Origin: Octopus sinensis
Lineage: Eukaryota
Reading direction: 5' to 3'
Assembly (NCBI RefSeq): GCF_006345805.1
Contig: NW_021834924.1
Span: 1 to 44,267, forward strand
DNA length: 44,267 nt
Below, in pieces: positions 26,690 to 39,442 of this stretch; position 1 is the stretch's first letter; each line of letters starts with the position of its first letter. The position numbers and the translations under genes were made by a program. The notes under the pieces are model-generated. The model was not told where the DNA came from and ran no database searches. It saw only the letters and a list, made by a program, of their open reading frames with translations.

Positions 26690-27312
26690 TTTCATGCTGT
26701 GCCAAAAATGTATGCAAGTCTCTGATGCAAAGCTTTCACTTGTGGTTGTTGCATCAGAACTGCAATTTGTACTGTTTTAAACTAATTTCATCAGAAACAC
26801 TTGCAACCACTTGTCTTTATCTCTCAGCAGTTGAAACTAGCTGAAATACATCACAGTGCATGTGATCGCAGACTATTGACGATTTACCTTTCTGTGAAGC
26901 ATTTTCAGTGCATCCTTCAGGGAAAGCTTTTCACTATATATACTGACCACAAACCTCTTACCTTTGTCTTGCAGTCCGAGCCAGAAAAGTACTCACCAAA
27001 AAGAGACTCAACACTATGACTTTATATTGAACACATATCCGGTGTACAAACTCCGCTCCAGAAGCATTGTCTAGTCTGCTGGTTAATTCTTTAGCAACCA
27101 ATGTGGATATTGACCTGAATGTTTTGTCCTCCGTGCAACCTCTCCTGGACTCCTTCAAGATATCTTCTCCCGAATTTGCAATGAGCAAATTCAAATACTT
27201 CCCTGTGCCAACCTCTGAAAAACAGATCCTGTGTGATGTATCAACATATACGCCTTATCCCAGAGACACATAGATGAGCTGTGTTTGAAGCCCTGCACAA
27301 TCTCTCGTACAT
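26690..27312 (+). pseudogene. Decayed Ty3/Gypsy LTR retrotransposon pol fragment (RNase H and downstream linker toward integrase)
   Basis: QPLVFISQQLKLAEIHHSACDRRLLTIYLSVKHFQCILQGKLFTIYTDHKPLTF matches the Gypsy RNase H pattern (PxAFxS..L..AE..YS..DRELLAI...F...TDHKPL); downstream ILCDVST and AVFEALHNLS; frameshifted. Confidence 0.92.
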
Positions 27313-27584
27313 TTGATGTTAAACTTTTACAGAGAATATATATATATATATATTTCATATTCCTCTGAAATTTAACATGAATGCATTTCACGTTTCTCAT
27401 GTGCAAATCCATTTTGCATAATTCCATGTTGTACTAAATTCCATGCAAACATTTCATGCTCATATTATATAATATTCACTTAATAAACGTTGTTTACCAT
27501 GCATCTATTAATATTGTTTTTTTAATGCACCGTGCATAAATTTCATATTTTCAGTTACATAACAAACATACATATTATTTATTG

Positions 27585-27701
27585 ATAGTTATCGCCAAGC
27601 TAATACGGCAGTCCAGAAATATAGGACGAATGCTGCAACAACGGCAACGGCAGCATTCGTCCTATATTTCTGGACTGCCATATTAGCTTGGCGATAACTA
27701 T
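27585..27701. repeat. Near-perfect hairpin: 52-bp arms, 13-nt loop, 1 mismatch
   Basis: 27585-27636 is the reverse complement of 27650-27701 except C27606/A27680. Confidence 0.97.
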
Positions 27702-28146
27702 TAACATCCAGTACCGCTGCCGTAGTCTCCTTTAGATTGACTTAGAAATATTAATATTTCTACCCATATTATTTGTTGTGCATAATCTGCACGTATTTCA
27801 CACTTGGTATTATAAGCCCCCATCATTTATTATATAGCAAGAACACGTTCCATGTTACGTTATATGACAAGCATTCACCTCACAATCTCGCGTTACATAG
27901 TATGCATGCAAGTTGTGTAATATCTGTCACTCTACCGATTAATGGGATAGCCTTCTTATGGCATTAAAGTAAAAGTGGCGGAGTACATCTCAAACACTAA
28001 ACTTCATTCGCAAGGAACTGGGAACCATAATGTTAACCCGAAGGAGCACGGCTTAATATTTTGTCCGGCGCTGCCGCCTCGCAGCATTTATTCCTTTATT
28101 CTTTTGCGTGTTTCAATCACTTGAATGCGGCCATGCTGAAGCAAAT

Positions 28147-28358
28147 AATTCTACTCTCTGTGCAAAGCCTGAAATTTTGGGGAAGGTAACTAATAAATTT
28201 AAAAGACAGTAGTACTCATGTAATACTTGTTGTATCGACCCCGAACGAATAAAAAGCAAAGCCAACTTCGCCTGGAATCGAACTCACAATGTTAAGCCAG
28301 AAGAAATTCTGCTAAACATTCTGGCCGACGCCTTAGTGATTCTGGTTGATAGCCGCTT
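28147..28358 (-). mobile_element. Degenerate SINE (GGCGGCGAGCTGGCAGAA family)
   Basis: gcctgaaattttgggg...atcgaccccgaacgaataaaaagcaaagccaacttcg...gaactcacaatg. Confidence 0.7.
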
Positions 28359-28770
28359 CCCACACTTTAAATACAATGATTTTATAAGGTGGTCTGCTCA
28401 CGTTGCTATTTTAAGATTACTCTGGGGATAAGCAAGCTGAAATAGAACATGCATTATTAAATAATATGGTTTTATAATGGTGGAAATTTGAGAGGTAGTA
28501 TTGTCATTTATGGAACGCTTTGATAATAAATACGATGATATAGATGATACCTGCTTAAAAAAAGTATTATTGTCATGGAGTTTCTTACAGTAGTAGAAAA
28601 GGAATTTTTAACTGGTATTTCTAAATTCGGTATGTGGTGAAGCAATTAGCTGAACTCTAATTATAATTATGTTTCTAATTATAGAATATTTGTGTAATTT
28701 TACCTAAAAAGGTTATTTTAACCTACCGATCTACTTGGTAAAATTCTTAATTAATTGATTGATTAATTAA

Positions 28771-29178
28771 TTTACTCTCTTTCTCTTTACTATTTTACTT
28801 TTTCAGTCATTTGACTGCAGCCATGATGAAACACCGCCTTTAATCGAGCAACTCGATCGACCCCGCGACTTATTCTTTTGTAAGCCCAGTACTTATTCTA
28901 TCGGGCTCTTTTGCCGAACCGCTAAGTGACGGGGATGTAAACACACCAGCATCGATTGTCAAGCAATGCTAGGGGGACAAACACAGACACAAACACACAC
29001 ACGCACATATATACACATATATACGACAGGCTTCTTTCAGTTTCCGTCTACCAAATCCACTCACAAGGCTTTGGTCGGCCCAAGGCTATAATAGAAGACA
29101 CTTGCCCAAGATGCCACGCAGTAGGACTGAACCCGGGACCATGTGGTTGGTAAACAAGCAACTTACCACACAGCCACT
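28771..29178 (-). mobile_element. Near full-length tRNA-derived SINE with CORE-like segment and internal (CA/TA)n
   Basis: Minus strand: agtggctgtgtggtaag (A-box-like), gggttcagtcc (B-box-like), cttgggcaagtgtctt (CORE-like); several other copies in the window. Octopus OR SINEs are described CORE-SINEs, but the family name is not verified here. Confidence 0.88.
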
Positions 29179-29294
29179 ATCCTTCTATTATTAATTTTAA
29201 AAAGATATATATATATATATCATCCTTCCCTAGGAGCCAGCTGTAAAGTCCGAAAGGAGTGCAGCTTTTAAGCTACTATGCATATAAAAGGGTA

Positions 29295-29612
29295 AATATC
29301 CACTTCGGTTATGAATGACCATGGGACTATACCTGGAAATTAGTCTCCGAGGTACAAACCGGGCAAGGTTGTTTATGGAAGAGCAGCAGTCTTCCATGGA
29401 TACGAGCCTCCACTTTCCACGGCACTAATGTTATCCTAGAGAAAAGTTAAGGCCAATACAGCTTGCTACAAGTGACGTCACCACTCATTTTCACGGTTGA
29501 GTGAACTGGAGTAATAAAGAGTCTTGCTCAAAAATACAGATCATAACCCGATCCGGGAATCGAACTCATTACGTCAATTTTGTGAGCCCGACGCTCTAAC
29601 CACTGAGCCAGG
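29295..29612 (-). mobile_element. tRNA-derived CORE-like SINE (same family as 35112-35436)
   Basis: Minus strand: tggctcagtggttagagcgtcgggctcac...gagttcgattcccgga...ttgagcaagactc; shared tail gggcaaggttgtttatggaaga. Confidence 0.85.
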
Positions 29613-29663
29613 CTTCTTTCAATTCTCCCCCAACCAAATTCACTCTCAAGGCAGTGATCTCAA

Positions 29664-29898
29664 GGCGGTGAGCTGGCAGAAACGTTAGCACGCTGGGCGA
29701 AATGCTTAGCGGTATTTCGTCTGCCGCTACGTTCTGAGTTCAAATTCCGCCGAGGTCGACTTTGCCTTTCATCTTTCCGGGGTCGATTAAGTAAGTACCA
29801 GTTATGCACTGGGGTCGATATAATCGATTTAATCCGTTTGTCTGTCTTTGTTTGTCCCCTCTGTGTGTAGCCCCTTCTGGGCAGTAAAGAAATAGGTA
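29664..29898 (+). mobile_element. Young SINE (GGCGGCGAGCTGGCAGAA family) with LINE-like tail
   Basis: ggcggtgagctggcagaaacgttagc...gagttcaaattcc (B box)...tgtgtagccccttctgggcagtaaagaaataggtat. Confidence 0.92.
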
Positions 29899-30539
29899 TA
29901 GTATGAGAAGACTCTTTAAGTGGTACTTAGTGGAACTGAACGCAAGACCAAATTGTTGTGAAACAAGCATCTTAAGCGCACAGCCATGGTTGGAACGTCT
30001 TTGATAATAAATCGCTAGTTTAGAAATGAACTGGGACTAAACAGCAACAAGGGAAGATAATTTGGCGATGTAGTTTTATATCGTGTCTGAACGACAACAA
30101 ATGGCTTGGTCATTTTTGGAATGTTTTGATAACAAATCCGGTTGATTAGGATAAATCTGTGTCCCCCTCCCCCCCCAAAAAAAACAAGAACTAAAGTGAA
30201 ACGCTTTGGCGAATGTGAACGTAGATATAATGTGTTTGTGAAATATAAAGTTGTGATGGTCACGGTTGGTACATATTTGGTCATAGGTCCAATACATTAG
30301 GATTCACCTTGGACCGGAAATGAACAATAGCTACAGCAGCAACAAAAACGAAAGCATTGTGCTACACAATTTATATTGTCTAACGCTCCACCGATTCTAC
30401 AATCCAATGGCAGCAAGCAGGTTTTTTTCTCTCTTTTTTCCAAATGAGCAAAGATACACAAATAATGACATTGGAAACAAAAAGAAACCAAAAAAAAAAG
30501 GAAAGACTGCCACACATTAATAACAAAGGAACCAAATGT

Positions 30540-30744
30540 GTTTCTCTGAGTGTGTGTGTATGTGTGTGAACGTGTGTGTATGTGTGTGTGGGCGCTCATG
30601 TGTATATGTGTGTTTATCTGTGAGTGCGTAGGTTCTTATGTGTCTTTCTGCATGTTTCGTCTATACGTGAGTATAGGTGAGTGTTGTGTATTCCGTGTGT
30701 ATGTGAATATATGTGATGTTATATATGTGTAAGTATGTGTGTGC

Positions 30745-30788
<44 letters not shown>

Positions 30789-31061
30789 TCATTCATAGAT
30801 ACATACATACATACAAACGTATGTGTGTCTGTGTGTATACATATGTGTGTGTGCGTATTTGCGTGACAATGTGAATATGTTGATGTGTGTGTCTGCATGT
30901 GCATGCATATATGGGTACGTGAATGTGTGTATATATGTATGTGTGTTCGTGCGTGTCCGAGTGTATGTGCGTGTTTAAGCATTTGTGTATGGGCGTGTAC
31001 GCGTCTGTGTATGTACGTGTGTATATATATATGCGTATATATATGTGTGTGTGATTATGTG

Positions 31062-31104
<43 letters not shown>

Positions 31105-31140
31105 GTGGATATATGAGTGTGTACATCTGCGTGTGTGTGT
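30540..31140. repeat. (TG)n/(TA)n degenerate microsatellite
   Basis: Seen directly. Confidence 0.92.
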
Positions 31141-31499
31141 TGGAGGAGCGCAACGTTATTCAGGAAATACTATAAACATCATAAAACGTAATTAATGAAC
31201 CGCGAAAAAATATAAACAATATACGAAAGAACGAAAACAAAAGGATAAACAAACAACAATAAACACAAATAAAACAGGGGTAAAATGAAAAATAAAAATA
31301 AAAACCATGAAATAAAAACATGGAACAATGAAAGACGGAGAGGTAAAAAGAAAAGTAAATAAAATGAAACGAATAAAACCAAAATATTAAAACAATAACC
31401 AGGAAGGCAGAAATCGAAATGATATAAGGGGAGAGAAGGACGATTGATAATGTAACAGATTAAGGGAGAATTTTTTTCTAAAATATAATAACGATGATT

Positions 31500-31554
31500 A
31501 AAATTAATAGTAACGATAATAATAATAATAATAATAATAATGATGATAATAATA

Positions 31555-31605
<51 letters not shown>

Positions 31606-31731
31606 GTAATAATCATAAGGATAATAACAATGGTAGTAATAATAATAATGATGATAATAATAATAATAATAATAATATTAATGATAATAATAATAATGAT
31701 AATAACAATGGTAGTAATAAGAATAATGATG

Positions 31732-31776
<45 letters not shown>

Positions 31777-32428
31777 TTAATGATAATAATAATAATGATA
31801 ATAACAATGGTAGTAATAATAATAATGATGATGATAATAATAATAATAATAATAATAATGGGAATATTAATAATTATAACAACAACACTAATAATAGAAA
31901 TAATGATAAAAATAATAATAATGATGATGATGATGATGACGATGATGATGATGATGATGTTTATCACCATCATCACCATCATCATCATTATCACCACGAG
32001 GAATGGTCGCAAGTATTTTATTCATTATGGTGATGATCAACAGGACCATCATGGCTGCGAATTATAATGATCAAAATGATAATGAAATTAATAATAATAA
32101 TAATAATGATGATGATGATGATGATAATAATAATAATAACAACAATAATAATAACACCAATATTGATAATAATAGCAATAAATAATAATGATGATAATAA
32201 TTATGATAACGATAGTAAATAATAATAATAGTTATTATTATTATGGTAATAGTAATGGTAATAATTATGATAACGGTGATGATAACGACGATGATTGCGA
32301 TGATGGCGATAATGATATTAACAGCAACAACAACAACAACAACAGCTACAACAACGGTAACAATAATAGTAACAGTGAAAATGCTAATGATGATGGTAAT
32401 AATAATGATAATGATAATGATAATAATG

Positions 32429-32482
<54 letters not shown>

Positions 32483-32658
32483 TAATAATAATAATAATAA
32501 TAATAATAGTAATTGTAATAATAATAATAATAATAATAATATTGATATTTCGAAATGCAAGAAAAATAATCTTTATCCTAAACAATAACAATGACAACGA
32601 TGATGCTGCTGATGATGACAATAACAACAACAACAACAACAATAATAATAATAATAAT
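31500..32658. repeat. (TAA)n/(GAT)n/(CAA)n array with local higher-order units
   Basis: ataataacaatggtagtaata-type marker recurs at ~31621, ~31699 and ~31798. Confidence 0.93.
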
Positions 32659-34031
32659 GTTAATTTCTTTTATTGGGTTGTTGGTCACAGAACGTAAAAG
32701 AGAAATTTGGAAGGCAAAAAGAGGGTAAAAAAGGGGAATCGATGAGCGGAAGATCGGTGGAGATTAGAGGGAAGTGTGAACGACCGAGAAGAGGAGATGG
32801 ACGGAGAGGACGATGGGAAGAAGGGAGTGAGGTGAGAGGAGAAATTTCAGCAGAGGAGTAGGAGAGAAATGTAAATTGAAACGGAAGAATATTAGAATGA
32901 GTGTAGGGAAGTTAGAATCGGAGAGTAAATGAAAGAGAATCGCAATATTTAGTGGAAGTGATTGAAGAAACGTATTAGAGTACCATATGAAAGAGAAAAT
33001 AAAGGGAGATGAATAATAGACCCCACATCAATAATAAGGTGTGTATCGTTCTACTCTTTTGATTTTTAGTATTAAAATGTCTTTTTTTTCTTATAGTTTT
33101 GAATGTTATATACGTCAGTTGATCGACTTAGCATAGCAGAATAGGTTGTAATTCCATTTATAAATTATATTTTATATATCAAACACGTGTTTCCCACAAT
33201 TGGATAAATATTTATAGCTGATATAATCATTCCGTTTTAATATTTGATGGGATTCGAAATTTAAATCTGAAAGTATGTGATGTATTACTCATTCATATGT
33301 GGCAGGATTAGATATGTTAAAATGAAATTAATTAATTAAAATGCAAAGCAAAACGAACAAAATCAGTCATTCATAATATTTGATGAAATTAGAAATTTAT
33401 GGTTGAAATTGAGGGATGGGATTAAAATGAAAACTAAAGGGGAGATAATCATTTCTTCATAGTATTTGGTGGGATTATAAATTCAATACTTTAAACTCAG
33501 GTTATAAAAGGCAAAATATACAGAATATAATAAACGCACAGAATATAATAATTCCTTCTTTATATTGGGCGGGATTTGACATTTAAATTTAAAATTAAAG
33601 AAATAATAGGAAAAATGCATTGGATTTACATATTTAATCATGATTTTTACTTATACCGAAGTACTTATAATTTCTGAAATATAATAAGAATATCTGGTCA
33701 ACGTGGCTCATAATTACATTTAAATATAATCGCTTGAATCGATCTCCCATGAAAGAATACTCTTCGAATATTCCCAATGAAAAGGATTTAATCGTATATT
33801 AAGAAAGTATATTGAGCGTATAAGTATATATGCACACAAACACGCACGCACAAGCACACACACATTCATGTATATATACATATATATCTAACTATGACCA
33901 ATTGGTTAACAATAAAAAATTGTTAACCAGCCGAAATTGCGAGGATGATCCGGTTCTTGACTGAAGATTGAAGGCTTCCGTGTTTTTTGTATCGTCTTCT
34001 GGATGTTTTTTGCGTTCTTGTCCCAGTTTGT

Positions 34032-34037
<6 letters not shown>

Positions 34038-34106
<69 letters not shown>

Positions 34107-34139
34107 CATACATATATATATATATACATATATATATAC

Positions 34140-34187
<48 letters not shown>

Positions 34188-34262
34188 ATGTGTGTGTGTA
34201 CGTGTATGTGTGTGAGGGTAAGTGCATGTGTGTGTATGTAGGTATGTATGTATGTATATATA
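34038..34262. repeat. (CA)n-(TA)n-(TG)n microsatellite (self-complementary arrangement)
   Basis: Seen directly. Confidence 0.92.
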
Positions 34263-34264
34263 CA

Positions 34265-34456
34265 CTTTTACTTGTTTCAATCAATTGACTGTGGTCATGC
34301 TGGAGCATTGCCTTTAGTCGAGCACATCGACCCCAGAGCTTATTCTTTGTAAGCCTAGTACTTATTCTATCGGTGTCTTTTGCTGAAACGGGGACGTAAA
34401 CACACCAGCTAAGCATTTAGTCCAACGTGCTAACGACTGTGCCAGCTCGCCGCCTT
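34265..34456 (-). mobile_element. Two abutting SINE fragments (3' part of the 28771 family, then the head of the GGCGGCGAGCTGGC family)
   Basis: ttttacttgtttcaatcaattgactgtggtcatgctggagc...gtaaacacaccag|ctaagcattt...gccagctcgccgcc. Confidence 0.8.
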
Positions 34457-34508
34457 ACATACCCACAGACATACACACAAACACATATGTATATATATGA
34501 ATATATAT

Positions 34509-35058
34509 AATCTTTTCTACTCTAGGCACAAGGCACGAAATTTTGGGGAAGGTGGCAACTGGTACTTAATTCATCGACCCCGAAAAGATGAAAGGTAGAG
34601 TCGACTGAATATAAACTCAGAACATAGCGGCAGACGAAATACCTATTTCTTTACTACCCACAAGGGGCTAAACATAGAAGGGACAAACAAGGACAGACAA
34701 ACAGATTAACTCGATTACATCAATCCCAGTGCGTTACTGGTACTTATTTAATCAACCCCGAAAGGATGAAAGGCAAAGTCGACCTCGTCGGAATTTGAAC
34801 TCAGAACGTAGTGGTAGGCGAAATACCTATTTCTTTACTACCCACAAGGAGCTAAACAAAGAGTGGACAAGCAAGGACAGACAAAAGGATTAAGTCGATT
34901 ACATCGACCTCAGTGCGTAACTGGTACTTATTTAATCAACCCCGAAAGGATGAAAGGCAAAGTCGATCTCGGTGGAATTTGAACTCAGAACGTAACGGCA
35001 GACGAAATACCGCAAAACATCTCACCCGGCGTGCTAGCGAATCTGCCAACTCGCCGCC
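34509..35058 (-). mobile_element. Multimeric SINE: head + 2 units with LINE-like tail + final unit with ordinary tail
   Basis: Internal junction cgaaatacc|tatttctttact at 34643/34644 and 34827/34828 (184-bp period). Confidence 0.9.
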
Positions 35059-35111
35059 TTACACAGATAAAGACAATTACAAAACGTCTGGTGATGCTTA
35101 ATCGCTTTCAT

Positions 35112-35436
35112 GTCACGACACAGACAATGGGATTGCACCTAGCAAGTTACCCTCCCAGGCACAAGTCTGGGCAAGGTTGTTTATGGAAGACCAGCAGTCG
35201 CCCATGTATACCGGTCTTCCCTCTCCACACCACTGATGCTATCCAAGGGAAAGGCAAAGGCCAATACAGCTTGGCACCTGTGTCGTCGCAACTCATTTCT
35301 ACTGCTGAGTGGACTGGAGCAACATGAAATAAAGTGTCTTGCTCAAGAACACAACACGCACCCCGGTCCGGGATTAGAGCTCACAACCTCACGATGGTAA
35401 GCTCGATGCTGTAACCACTGAGCCATGCAACTTCGC
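35112..35436 (-). mobile_element. tRNA-derived CORE-like SINE with 12-bp TSD
   Basis: aatcgctttcat at 35100-35111 and 35437-35448; minus strand tggctcagtggtta...tgtgttcttgagcaagacactttatttc. Confidence 0.9.
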
Positions 35437-36184
35437 AATCGCTTTCATTAGCTTACAACTAATTCTAGTATGAGCATCTCTGCATACAGATTTGACTACC
35501 AGCTCTAAATCGTAAGTTTCCTCAGCACCAAATTAATTGATCTTGAATCCTAAATCGCTCTTTCTTCAGTAACTCTTCCCTCTCTCATTTCTTATCTTCT
35601 CTTTCACTCCCACCTCTCTCACGTGACTTCATCAGAAGATTTCCGCATGAACATCAGGATTTCATATATCATTCCTTACATAAGATGACGACATGAATGG
35701 GGGAGAAATGAGGATTAGAATTAAGAGAGAAAAATTCGAAGGAAATGTTAACCGTTAACAACAGCAATAAATGATCTGAAACCACATGGGGAAACCGACA
35801 GCAGCAGCAACAACAAGAACAATTACAAAAACAGACTCAAGGATATAAATTACATCCGAAGGAGGGAAAATCAAATGAGCATTACAGCAGCAACATCAAT
35901 AATACGATTATTAAAGAAACATGGCAAGGACTAACCCCTCCTCACAAGGAAGCAAAAAAAAAATTGTCTAAAATATATAAAAAAAGAAATCTTCGAAAAT
36001 TAGTGGGAAAAAAAATCAATTAAAAGTGAAAGAAAAACAATAGGGATAATTATAAGATTATAAAAAAAGAATAAAAATTAAAATTATAAAACCAAAAAAA
36101 GCACTTTCGGAATCGCTGTAAACATTGCAAACACCAGCAAGAACGATATCACGAATAGTAGCAAACGCAATAAACAACAGGCAA

Positions 36185-36194
36185 GGCAATAATT

Positions 36195-36236
<42 letters not shown>

Positions 36237-36324
36237 GTAATAATGATAATGATAATAATAGGTTTAGTAGTAATGCTAATAATTGTAACCATAATAATCG
36301 TAATATTAATAATAGTAACAACAA

Positions 36325-36363
<39 letters not shown>

Positions 36364-36467
36364 TAATAGGCATAATAATGGCAATACTACTAATAATATC
36401 AATAATGATAACATTAATAGTAATATTGCTCATAATAATAACAATAATGATTATAATAATAATAATA

Positions 36468-36505
<38 letters not shown>

Positions 36506-36518
36506 TATAATAATAATA

Positions 36519-36566
<48 letters not shown>

Positions 36567-36593
36567 TTAATAATGATAATGATGATAATAATG

Positions 36594-36628
<35 letters not shown>

Positions 36629-36640
36629 GACGATAATGAT
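36185..36640. repeat. (TAA)n array
   Basis: Seen directly. Confidence 0.95.
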
Positions 36641-36811
36641 TATTTCTCAGTAATAATAATGAGATTAGTACCCAATAATTTAATCTTGAGACAATAGAAT
36701 CCAATCGGGTGCCATGATTGGATTCATCCATTAGGATGGAGATTAGTGTTGCTCTCCCCCGCCATGTCTCTTCTGGATATAATTAGCTATCGCCATTGAC
36801 ACATGTCATCT

Positions 36812-37432
36812 GCACCACCACCACCGCCGCCACCAACACCACCACCACCATCACAACCATCACAACTACCACCACCACCACCACCACCACCTCCACCATC
36901 ACAACCATCACAACTACCACCACCACCACCACCACCATCACAACCGTCACAACTACCACCACCACCACCACCACTACCACCACCACTACCACCACCACCA
37001 CCATCACAACCATCACAACTACCACCACCACCACTACCACATCACAACCATCATAAATACCACCACCACCACTGCCACCACCATCACCACCATCACAACT
37101 ACCACCACCACTGCCACCACCACCACTGCCACCACCACCACCATCACATCTATCACAACCATCACAACCACCACCACCACAATCATCACAACTACCACCA
37201 CCACCACCACCACCACCACCATCACAACCATCACAACTACCATCACCACCACCACCACCACCACCACCACCACCATCACAACCATCACAACCATCACAAC
37301 CACCACCACCACCACCACCACCACCACCAACCACCACCACCACCACCACCACCACCATGACAACCATCACAACCACCACAAACCACCGCCACCACCACCA
37401 TGACAACCATCACAACTACCACCGCCGCCAAT
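36812..37432. repeat. (CAC)n array with recurring catcacaaccatcacaacta subunit
   Basis: Seen directly; higher-order minisatellite. Confidence 0.93.
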
Positions 37433-37794
37433 AACGTTGCCATCGTTGCCACCATTGCCATTTTCATCCAGTTTATCTATCGATCCATATATTGTAGTTT
37501 TCACTTGAATTGCTGTCGTTGTTGTTGCTATATCAACCTCGTGGTCACGATGACCACTCGGATGGTCAACTAATGGGAAAATAATTATATTTATCATTGC
37601 AATTATATTGATAACTCTTAATGATAGAACTGACATTCTGTTGCCCCTTCATCTTTTTTTTTCCTTTTCTATTTACCTTTTGAGCTAAAACTTAGCTGGT
37701 TTCCCAGGTAGATCGGTGCGCTATTTTCTAAAGAAGATTGGTTCGGAGCCCAAAGAAGAGAAGAAAGCCATCAAGGAGGTAGACGAGGTCTTCC

Positions 37795-38060
37795 CTTGGT
37801 TACGATGACTGAGAATTCAAGCTGTTTTAATTAACGGAACAGCCTGCTCGTGAAATTAACACGCTAGTTACTATGCACGCCACAGATATGCAAACAGATA
37901 TGCATCAGATTGACTGATGAACAGAATGTGACAAAGTTAGGACCTTCACATACAGAAAGAGCTCAATGTTTGCCAGCAAGGACACTAAACGCTGCCGAAA
38001 ATCGAATTCATGTTCATACGATGGTGAGACGTATACATTAACCACTAAGGTAGGCACCTT
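37795..38060 (-). mobile_element. Degenerate SINE (same family as 41738-42058)
   Basis: ggttacgatgac...aacggaacagcctgctcgtgaaattaac...tgtgacaaag...taaccactaagg. Confidence 0.65.
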
Positions 38061-38844
38061 TACAGGAAATTGGCACATCAGTTAAAAGAAGCAGAATTTT
38101 GTTATGGTTGATAAGAGGCTGCAAGTGGAGCCCTTCTGCAGGCAAAGACCTATTCCGTCCCTGCTGTCTGTCTCGAGGGAAGCGAACATTTAATGTGGCA
38201 AAATCTCTTTGAGCTTGAGATACTTGAAGATGACACGGAAAGTTTTTTGATATTGTGATTTATTCAAGTTCAAAGGTTGCAGATCCCGCATTTTCCTTTA
38301 TATGGCAAAGCATCTCCGTTCTTTATTTAACGTATATTTCACTTAGTGACTCTAAGCTCAAAAGTTCAATTTACTCCCAGTTGTCCAAATGGAGACAAGT
38401 CGTCGTTGACAGCTGCATTCGTCAAAAGATGACATAAAAGGGTTGTAAGCAAGTGGCAGATGCATTTTGTTGTCTGTAGCGAATTGATCAAGGCAAGAGC
38501 GAAAAAGTACTCTCTGATAAAAACTGCTAAAGTATGTGAAACCTACAAGTTATAATTTAGCATGCCTGTCGGGGATGAAGAAAAAAGCAAACGATGAAAG
38601 AAATATTAACCATTTTTCAAACTTTCCTGGGGTCAGCAAATAGGGAATAACAGTTGCTACCCAATTACAAATATCGTGCTACACAGTGTAATCAGCCGAA
38701 GAAATAGTATCTATTAAGGCTCAGATGATTCAAGGATAAAAAAGACGAGTAAGTAAAATTATTTTGATAAAAGAAAAAAATAAACAGAAAGGAAAAGTGC
38801 TTCGAGGGAAAAAGAGGTTTAAAAAATGGTAATTAAGAAAAAAC

Positions 38845-39442
38845 GGCGGCGAGCTGGCCGAAACGTTAGCACACCGGGCGAAATGCTTAGCCGTATTTCG
38901 TCTGCGTTACGTTGTGAGTTCAAATTCCGCGATGGTCGACTTTGCCTTTCATCCTTTCGGGATCGATAAATTAAGTACCAGTTACGCACTGGGTCGATGT
39001 GATCGACTTAATACCTATGTATGTCCTTGTTTGTCCTCTCTGTGTTTAGCCCCTTGTGGGTAGTAAAGAAATAGGTATTTCGTCTGCCATTACATTCTGA
39101 GTTCAAATTCCGCCGAGGTCAACTTTGCCTTTCATCCTTTCGGGGTCGATAAATTAAGTACCAGTTACGCCCTGGGTCGATGTAATCGACTTAATACCTA
39201 TGTCTGTCCTTGTTTGTCCTCTCTGTGTTTAGCCCCTTGTGAGTAGTAAAGAAATAGGTATTTCGTCTGCCCTTACGTTCTGAGTTCAAATTCCGCCGAG
39301 GTCGACTTTGCCTTTCATCCTTTCGGGGTCGATTAAATAAGTACCAGTTACGCACTGGGGGTCGATGTAATCGACTTAATACCTATGTCTGTCCTTGTTT
39401 GTCCTCTCTGTGTTTAGCTCCTTGTGGGTAATAAAGAAATAA
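38845..39442 (+). mobile_element. Trimeric SINE (one head + three 182-185-bp units) within a single 16-bp TSD
   Basis: TSD gtaattaagaaaaaac at 38829-38844 and 39443-39458; unit junctions at 39073/39074 and 39256/39257. Confidence 0.95.

Noticed and set aside
32660-32780. Second, minus-strand copy of the LINE-like 3' end
   Set aside because: Only tttcttttattgg and general purine richness match; too weak to call
36698-36724. 9-bp inverted repeat aatccaatc/gattggatt
   Set aside because: Short enough to arise by chance; no supporting context
38845-39442. CRISPR-like array or prokaryotic system
   Set aside because: Repeats are contiguous SINE units without unique spacers; the window is eukaryotic and has no cas-like ORFs
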